From: a virus
Taxonomy: Duplodnaviria > Caudoviricetes
IMG/VR virus record: IMGVR_UViG_3300042253_000106
Coordinates: 1 to 32,266 of that record
Length of the DNA stretch: 32,266 nucleotides
Direction: 5' to 3' (one strand)
The position numbers and the translations under genes were made by a program. Positions 27,601 through 32,266 of this stretch are shown here, one piece after another; the stretch's first letter is position 1; each line of letters starts with the position of its first letter. Under the pieces are notes generated by a model. It was given only the letters and a program-made list of their open reading frames with translations. It was not told the origin of the DNA and did no database searches.

Positions 27601-28452
27601 TCCCCCTGGCCGGGCCTTGTCACCGTCTCGCGCGGACCCGCGCAGACCGGTACGTTCAGCGCCGCGGCCCCGGTCGAGGCCCCGGCCACCATCGGCACGC
27701 TCACCGGCGATCTGGGGCCCGGCCCCTGTGCCGTGTTCACCCCGGATGTGGTAAGCGTCGATGTCGAGATTTTCGGCGGCAGTCTCGTGAGCCGGTCGCG
27801 CGAGGATGTGCTGGCGGGGGCCAATCTCGCCGCGATCCGCCACGCGACCGGCTGGGAGGTTCTGAGCTTCACCACGGCCGAGCTGATCGGCCCGCGCCGC
27901 TATCGCCTGAGCGGGCTTCTGCGCGGGCAGCGCGGCAGCGAGCATCTGGTGCGCGGCACCGCGCCCTCGGGCGCACGGATCGTCATGCTCGACGGGGCGC
28001 TGCGCCCGGCCGGGCTCGCGGCCTCGGAGGCGGGCGCGGATTTCTGGTGGCGCTGGGGACCGGCCGCGCGCCCGGTGGCAGAGCACCAGCTGGGCCAGCA
28101 CCGGTTCGCGGGCGAGGGCTTGCGGCCCTTCGCGCCGGTACACCTGCGCGCGCATGTGCAGGCGGGCGATTGGCGGATCACATGGATCAGGCGGTCGCGC
28201 CTGCCGGTCGACACCTGGTGGGAGACAGGCATAGAGCCGCCCCTCGGCGAGGCATCGGAGCGCTACCGCGTCGAGATCGGGCCCGAAGGCGCACCGCTGC
28301 GCGTGATCGAGATCGAGGGCGCGCAGGAGTTTCTCTACACCGCCGCGATGGCCAGTGCCGATGGCGTGGCCCCGCCTTTCGCGCTGCGCGTGGCGCAGAT
28401 ATCGGACACGGCAGGCCCCGGTCGCGCCGCAGAATTGGAGGTGACCGGATGA
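24616..28452 (+). CDS. Baseplate multidomain 'megatron' protein with GTA TIM-barrel (RcGTA g15-like)
   Basis: MATLLFAAAGSAIG N-terminus; PAFRGTAYLVFEDLPLEDFGNRVPQ; GGVDAFLIGSE; YAADWSEY; SKPVWFTETGCPAVD; GHWLNGR. Confidence 0.95.
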   Translation: MATLLFAAAGSAIGGAIGGSVLGVSAAVIGQAAGGIVGRVIDNALFGGLPSVSREGPRLESVQVMTAQEGVPLTDLAGRSKIGGTVIWATRLREETRVNRDRVGSGKQKQTVTTTSFEYFASFAVSLGEGPAAHLGRIWADGRLFDFSDMIAEGRLRFYTGSEDQLPDPLIEAVEGPSPAFRGTAYLVFEDLPLEDFGNRVPQITAEVWSAPGEMEALVRGVNVIPGSTEWGYSPAPVNAVSRGSFGEVVEEFPENNHRFKTVSDWSLSMDMLGDLLPNAGTVSLIVAWFGTDLRAGLCEIKPRVENKEKETQPAWAAAGLTRATAELVGQVGDAAAFGSAPADASVIGAITDLRARGYRVVFYPFIMMDIPGDAALPAPDGQGMQGAFPWRGRIAPRAGEDVAAEIAAFMGDGASDWRFRRFILHLADLAAQAGGVDAFLIGSELRDLTMARAADESYPFVDALRGLAGEVRGVLGPQTLISYAADWSEYHSHRVGGDVRFHLDPLWADAQIDFVGIDNYLPMSDWRPGRDHLDFDAQAGPVSPYDLGYLKSNIEGGEFWDWFYADQAAREAQDRTPIFDGAHGEHWVFRQKAIRDWHGTVHHDRLGGVRAAQPTAWVPGSKPVWFTETGCPAVDLGTNQPNVFFAANSSEAALPHFSAGVRDDFIQRQFLRAQFEWWAENGAGVLDVNDIQVWAWDARLWPEFPSLSGLWADGPDWRRGHWLNGRAGAAPAAETIARRLTRQHGLPPARLDVSAAHGQADGYPASGPMGFRDWLQPLEVGLALTAWEEEGVIVIAARGAAREAGELIEDRMAERGDQLFDATRGALEDVARAAEFKFRNGSFSYDAAVARARIQAGGEAGIARAESPLVLDFDRGAQVADRLLFGAAEGRERLVFSAPRSAVDLRPGRILPVRIEGALGLRRMLVERVTLGEALAVEARIFAPQIFEPSAGVFRLPPRQRSLPSNAVLLVFLDLPILPEPVGEDWDGVLAAHASPWPGLVTVSRGPAQTGTFSAAAPVEAPATIGTLTGDLGPGPCAVFTPDVVSVDVEIFGGSLVSRSREDVLAGANLAAIRHATGWEVLSFTTAELIGPRRYRLSGLLRGQRGSEHLVRGTAPSGARIVMLDGALRPAGLAASEAGADFWWRWGPAARPVAEHQLGQHRFAGEGLRPFAPVHLRAHVQAGDWRITWIRRSRLPVDTWWETGIEPPLGEASERYRVEIGPEGAPLRVIEIEGAQEFLYTAAMASADGVAPPFALRVAQISDTAGPGRAAELEVTG

Positions 28453-28889
28453 CCGACGCCAATGCCATCCTCGAGGCCGCCCGCGCGCGGATCGCCGCCG
28501 CCTGGCCCGAGGCGACGGATGTGACCGGCAGCGCCCATGCGCCCGAGGAGGCGCGCCTGCCCGCCTGGCGCGCGCGCATCGATCCGGGCGATACCGAACC
28601 GGCCGGGATGGGCAGCCCTCCCTCCTGGCTGCGCGAGGCTGATCTCACGGTCGAGATCGTCATGGCCCCCTCGGCCGATCCCGAGGCCACGCTGCAGGCG
28701 CTGGGGCGCTGGGCGCAGATGGTGCTGCTGGCCCCGCCCGCAGATCTCGGGCTCGACCTGCTGCGCTGCGACCCGGTCGAGATCACCACCGAGCACGCGG
28801 CGGGCAAGCGTCAGCTGGGCCGCGTCGAGGCGATCCTGCGCCTGCAATTCCAAGAGCCCGCCGCGGCCCCGCAATTTCCCCAACTGTGA
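28449..28889 (+). CDS. Probable tail terminator (gpU-like), displaced from its usual position
   Basis: 146 aa; I..A....I......V......LPA.......E......R...L.VEI...L......LL....DLG pattern of tail terminators; none exists between head closure and tail tube. Confidence 0.55.
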   Translation: MTDANAILEAARARIAAAWPEATDVTGSAHAPEEARLPAWRARIDPGDTEPAGMGSPPSWLREADLTVEIVMAPSADPEATLQALGRWAQMVLLAPPADLGLDLLRCDPVEITTEHAAGKRQLGRVEAILRLQFQEPAAAPQFPQL

Positions 28890-28900
28890 CGAGGCCAGAG

Positions 28901-29179
28901 ATGACAGACGGAACGGATGACAGGTTGAAACGGATCGAGGATAAGCTCGACGGACTGACCGAGGCGGTCGTGCGCCTCGCCCGGATCGAGGAGCGCGTGG
29001 CCACCATCCTGCAGCGCATGGATGAGGCCGACCGCGCCCGCGCGTCGCACCAGTCCCGAATCGCCGATCTCGAGCGGATGATCGACCGGCGCGCCGGAAT
29101 GCTGGTCGCGCTCGAGCGGCTGTTCTGGATCGCTGCCACCGCCGGGCTCACGGTCTGGGCCTCGAGCCTCGCCGCCTGA
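28901..29179 (+). CDS. Coiled-coil protein with C-terminal TM helix (holin/XhlA-like candidate)
   Basis: RLKRIEDKLDGLTEAVVRLARIEER heptads; LFWIAATAGLTVWAS hydrophobic end. Confidence 0.6.
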   Translation: MTDGTDDRLKRIEDKLDGLTEAVVRLARIEERVATILQRMDEADRARASHQSRIADLERMIDRRAGMLVALERLFWIAATAGLTVWASSLAA

Positions 29180-29201
29180 TCCCGCAACAAATCCCGCAAC
29201 A
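29179..29201. repeat. Tandem 11-bp repeat, putative integrase arm sites
   Basis: ATCCCGCAACA at 29179-29189 and 29191-29201, about 60 bp inside the att core. Confidence 0.6.
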
Positions 29202-29258
29202 TTTTGAACGCCAGAGTCCAGCAGCGGATTGTTTTAAAAGGGAAATCAGAATTATTGA

Positions 29259-29277
29259 AATCCTACCACCCCAGCCA
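29259..29277 (+). other. Prophage att core: duplicated 3' end of a tRNA (tRNA-Gln-like)
   Basis: AATCCTACCACCCCAGCCA matches the T-loop to CCA end pattern of tRNA-Gln genes (..TTCGAATCC.....ACCCCAGCCA); the 5' tRNA part is absent; phage genes stop here. Confidence 0.8.
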
Positions 29278-29340
29278 GTCACTCGCACAGCTCGTGACGT
29301 CTTGCGCTGCAATGGTTCTTCCTGATTTTCATTTTGGAAG

Positions 29341-29360
29341 TGCCCCAAGCGCTGCCCCAA
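29341..29360. repeat. Direct repeat TGCCCCAA x2 (12-bp period), possible arm sites of an older element
   Basis: Copies at 29341-29348 and 29353-29360, about 65 bp outside the att core. Confidence 0.4.
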
Positions 29361-29483
29361 CCTCTGCTTTATTTCCCGCCCGAAAGATCAGGGTATGGAT
29401 TTCGCGCAACACCGTCATCGCAACCGCACTCATACCACTTGCTGACCCAAGCGATCGGCCTCACAAGCGCACCATCGTAATCG

Positions 29484-29591
29484 ATGGAAGCAATAGCCGT
29501 GACACTCTCGAGCGCCGTCATATTGGTAGGACTGATCGCCGTCGCCGGGCTGCTTGCGGCGCTGCGCTCGAACTTTAACGACCAGAGGTAG
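29484..29591 (+). CDS. Possible 35-aa single-TM peptide
   Basis: MEAIAVTLSSAVILVGLIAVAGLLAALRSNFNDQR; no clear RBS. Confidence 0.3.
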   Translation: MEAIAVTLSSAVILVGLIAVAGLLAALRSNFNDQR

Positions 29592-29712
29592 TCCGGATTT
29601 CGGCTATAACTGGTTTTGACGACACCTTCGAGTGCTGCCCCAGCCGCCACCATCTCGCCCGCAACGGGTGAAACGGGTGGCGACCAGAGCAGTCTTACGA
29701 GGCTATGCCACG

Positions 29713-30078
29713 CTAGCCCATATCGAGGTCCACACCGTACGCAGCGAACTCCCAGTCGTCGTGTTTGTTGTCGGCCCTCGTCCCGACCTCCAAGTGGTCA
29801 GGATTGATGCAGAGGCCGTTGTTGCATCGGTGGCGAACCACGTCATCGAAGGTCAGCACCTCGCGGCGGGTTATCGCATAGATGAAGCGATAGGCGCGCG
29901 TCTGGTGGCCCCTGAAGCGAACCTTGCGGCGGGATGGCCCGGGGGTCACCAAGCAGACATCGGGCGTCTCCGTGGCACTCTGGAGCAGTGTGGAGACCCG
30001 GTGAAGGGCCTCCTCGTGGTGGTTGCGGATCACATCGGCCAGCCAGCGCTCCGTCGGCTCAATCAGCAGGCACCTCAT
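29713..30078 (-). CDS. HNH endonuclease (phage type)
   Basis: RAYRFIY...VVRHRCNNGLCINPDHLEVGTRADN. Confidence 0.85.
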   Translation of the reverse strand: MRCLLIEPTERWLADVIRNHHEEALHRVSTLLQSATETPDVCLVTPGPSRRKVRFRGHQTRAYRFIYAITRREVLTFDDVVRHRCNNGLCINPDHLEVGTRADNKHDDWEFAAYGVDLDMG

Positions 30079-30269
30079 ATGTCGATCTCCACGTCATCGC
30101 TAATCGGCTGTCGTGAGCCATCGGGGCCGATGACCTCGCCTCTCTGGGCGGAATGGCCGGGTCGGAGCCACACCACACGCGCGTAATCCACACCACCCCA
30201 CTTGACCGAGACCTTATGCCAGCCAAGCTCCAGCATCTTGTGGCGGATCGTTTCCGCGTTTGCGTGCAT
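30075..30269 (-). pseudogene. 3' fragment of a phage-type gene (possibly a primase/helicase C-terminus)
   Basis: Short ORF coupled to the HNH gene by a 4-nt overlap; its 5' end abuts an unrelated fragment on the other strand. Confidence 0.4.
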
Positions 30270-30274
30270 CGTCG

Positions 30275-30418
30275 ATTGGCCTCACCGCAGCTGACGTGGT
30301 TGATACCTATGCCTCTGTCGTCGGCAGCGATGTCGTCTTCGACTTCGATATCAGTTCCGTCACACTGTTGGGCCTGACCACAACCACCGGGTTGGAAAGC
30401 GATCTTCTCTTCGTCTGA
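30275..30418 (+). pseudogene. C-terminal fragment of an RTX/calcium-binding type-I-secreted protein
   Basis: Startless frame IGLTAADVVDTYASVVGSDVVFDFDISSVTLLGLTTTTGLESDLLFV*, typical of RTX protein C-termini; followed by a terminator. Confidence 0.65.
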
Positions 30419-30436
30419 CGAGAGGCGCTAATCGAA

Positions 30437-30467
30437 AAGCGGCGGGCTTCGGTTCGCCGCTTCCTTC
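30437..30467 (+). terminator. Intrinsic terminator-like hairpin
   Basis: AAGCGGCGGGC-TTCG-GTTCGCCGCTT stem with a cUUCGg tetraloop and a pyrimidine tail, about 18 nt after the RTX-fragment stop. Confidence 0.65.
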
Positions 30468-30865
30468 AATTGTATTGAGCCCCGACCCTCAGGTCGGGCA
30501 GCCGGTTGAGTCCGGGATGCTCGATATTCTTGGGTTTGTGGACATCCAGCGTGAAGGGTGCAGGGTTGCGACGCGGTTCCAATTTGCCGTGTAGCTGCAA
30601 TCTGCTTTGTCGTAGCCTGTGGGTATCTCTCTGAATTCCCTGCTTTTCTCAAAGTAGGTCTCAACCAGATCTCGCCACATGCGGGCGTCAGCGTCATAGC
30701 GCCGCTGGTGCTTGCGGTTCGCGTTCGGAAGGATCACGGCAATTGCACGCCGCGCGTCGCGATCTTTCCGAAGCCATTTCGCATCGACGCCTTGTCCGCC
30801 AAACGCGCCCCAGCGACGCCGCATCACACAGAGCGATTGCCCCGCGGCCTGCGCGTCGGGCGCGC

Positions 30866-32266
30866 CTAGACAGTCTTTGAAGTCGGGCCTGCTCCCCCCG
30901 CGCCGATATCCCAGAACAGCCCCGCCATGAGCCGCAGCGCATCGCGGCACACGGGTTTCAGGACATGCTCGTCGGGCGCGTGCTGCGAACAGCCGCGATA
31001 GGAATGCGGCACCCAGACCGTGGGCAGCCCTAGGATCTCGGCAAAGGCGTCATTGGGCAACGACCCCGCGAGATTGGGCAGCACATGCGGCGCCTGCCCC
31101 GATGTCCGCTCCAGCGAGGCGGCGGTGAATTTCACCCAAGGGTGATCGGGATCAAGCCGCGTGGCGCGGAAGAACCCGCGATCATGCGCCACGATCTGCA
31201 CCCCCTCGAACCCCTGCGCATCCAGATGCCGCCGCAGCGCGGGCAGGATGTCCTCGGGCGTCGTGCCCACCACGTAGCGCAACTGACAGGTCGCGCGCGC
31301 ATGCGCCGAAATGGCGTTGACCGGGGCCTCCGGCACGCCGCTCTTCATGGCCAGAATGGCAAAGCTGTTCCAGCCATAGGCGCGCTCGGTGGGCGTCAGG
31401 CTTTCCTCGCCCCAATCGGGGTTGATCGCCGGGCCGTCACCGCCCTCGATCGGCAGGCCACCAAGCGCCGCCCGCACACTGTTGCTCAGACTGTCGGGCC
31501 GCCATTCGGGAATGCGGATCTGCCCGCGCGCATCGGTGATCGACGACAGCGCCTGCGCCAGGATCATCGCCGGATCGGCCAGGAGCCCCCCCCAATTCCC
31601 CGAATGATGCGCCCCTTCGCGCAGATCGACCACCAGATCGAAGGTCACGCCCCCGCGCGAGCCCATGAACATCGTCGGCGTCTCGGGCTGCAATCGCGGC
31701 CCGTCCGAGGCGATGAGCACATCCGCCGAAAGCGCATCCTTGTGGGCGGCAAAGAACTCATGCAGCCCCGGCGATCCGGTCTCCTCGCCGGTTTCGATCA
31801 CGATCCGGCAGTTGAACCCCAATTGCCCGCGCGCCGCGATCACCGCCTCCATCGCCGCGATATTGATCAGGTGCTGCCCCTTGTTGTCGGCGGTGCCGCG
31901 CCCATAGAGCCGGTCGCCCTCCTCGACCAGTTTGAACGGATGCAGCCCTTCGCGCCACTGATCGGTCTGCGCGCGGATCACATCGCCATGCCCGTAGCTG
32001 AGGATCGTGGGCAGGTCGTCGTCCTCCTGCCGTTCGCCCACCAGCAGCGGCCCCGCCCCCGGCGCGGGATTGTCGTGGATGGCGCAGGCAAACCCCATGC
32101 CCGTCAGCCGTGGCAGCATCGCCTCTTGCAGATAGCGCAGCAGTTCCGGGGCCTGATCGGGGTTCTGGCTCTCGGTCTCATAGGCCACCAGATCGGCCAG
32201 CTCGGTCTGAAACCGGCCGTCGTCGAAGTAATCGGAAATCGTGGTGATCGCGGCATCTCTGGTCAT
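30866..32266 (-). CDS. Host M20-family metallopeptidase (DapE/ArgE-like)
   Basis: YGHGDV, LYGRGTADNKGQH, GEETGSPG, HSGNWGG and QHAPDE metal-binding motifs; complete 466-aa ORF. Confidence 0.95.
   Translation of the reverse strand: MTRDAAITTISDYFDDGRFQTELADLVAYETESQNPDQAPELLRYLQEAMLPRLTGMGFACAIHDNPAPGAGPLLVGERQEDDDLPTILSYGHGDVIRAQTDQWREGLHPFKLVEEGDRLYGRGTADNKGQHLINIAAMEAVIAARGQLGFNCRIVIETGEETGSPGLHEFFAAHKDALSADVLIASDGPRLQPETPTMFMGSRGGVTFDLVVDLREGAHHSGNWGGLLADPAMILAQALSSITDARGQIRIPEWRPDSLSNSVRAALGGLPIEGGDGPAINPDWGEESLTPTERAYGWNSFAILAMKSGVPEAPVNAISAHARATCQLRYVVGTTPEDILPALRRHLDAQGFEGVQIVAHDRGFFRATRLDPDHPWVKFTAASLERTSGQAPHVLPNLAGSLPNDAFAEILGLPTVWVPHSYRGCSQHAPDEHVLKPVCRDALRLMAGLFWDIGAGGAGPTSKTV

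Larger units (their letters stand above)
1..29277 (+). mobile_element. Prophage (siphovirus; lambda-like head, GTA-like tail tip), right-hand part; integrase/repressor end lies left of the window
   Basis: Contiguous co-oriented replication, terminase, portal, capsid, tape-measure and baseplate genes, many with ATGA/TGATG overlaps; ends at a tRNA 3'-end duplication. Confidence 0.95.

Noticed and set aside
20543-28452. Calling the region a bona fide GTA cluster
   Set aside because: It has its own replication genes, lambda-type terminase/portal, a long tape measure and an att site, so it is a prophage
29204-29277. Complete tRNA gene
   Set aside because: Only the last 19 nt are tRNA-like; the upstream sequence cannot form the acceptor, D or anticodon arms
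30185-30201. AATCCACACCACCCCAC as a second att copy
   Set aside because: Only a partial match, lacks the AGCCA end, and lies within a coding fragment; probably chance
30489-30865. ORFs between the terminator and the M20 peptidase (30489-30950 -, 30558-30869 +)
   Set aside because: No recognisable motifs or RBS, and overlapping alternatives; cannot be supported

Overview
Bases 1 to about 29277 are the right-hand part of a GC-rich, apparently near-intact siphovirus prophage. The host is probably a Rhodobacterales alphaproteobacterium (inferred from the GTA-type genes). All phage genes lie on the + strand and most are tightly coupled. The early/replication block holds two DNA methyltransferases, an HD hydrolase, a CHC2-Toprim primase, a frameshifted beta-clamp-like gene, a ParB-like protein, and a D5/P4-type helicase followed by an iteron-rich putative origin. 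Next comes a lambda-type packaging/head module: cos-like site, Nu1/gpA terminase, lambda portal and a protease-capsid fusion. The tail has a -1 frameshifted chaperone and an RcGTA-type baseplate (g12-g15 homologues), plus a DUF2793 GTA-type fibre. The prophage ends at a duplicated tRNA-Gln-like 3' end (att, 29259-29277). After it lie about 1.2 kb of debris from older elements (HNH gene, replication-gene fragment, RTX C-terminus) and a host M20 peptidase on the - strand. The most interesting observation is an early gene (1088-1900) that looks like a compact, divergent homologue of the gene-transfer-agent activator GafA, in a phage that also has a GTA-type tail tip and fibre and a scrambled late-gene order. 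Family assignments come from motif recognition by eye and were not checked by database search.
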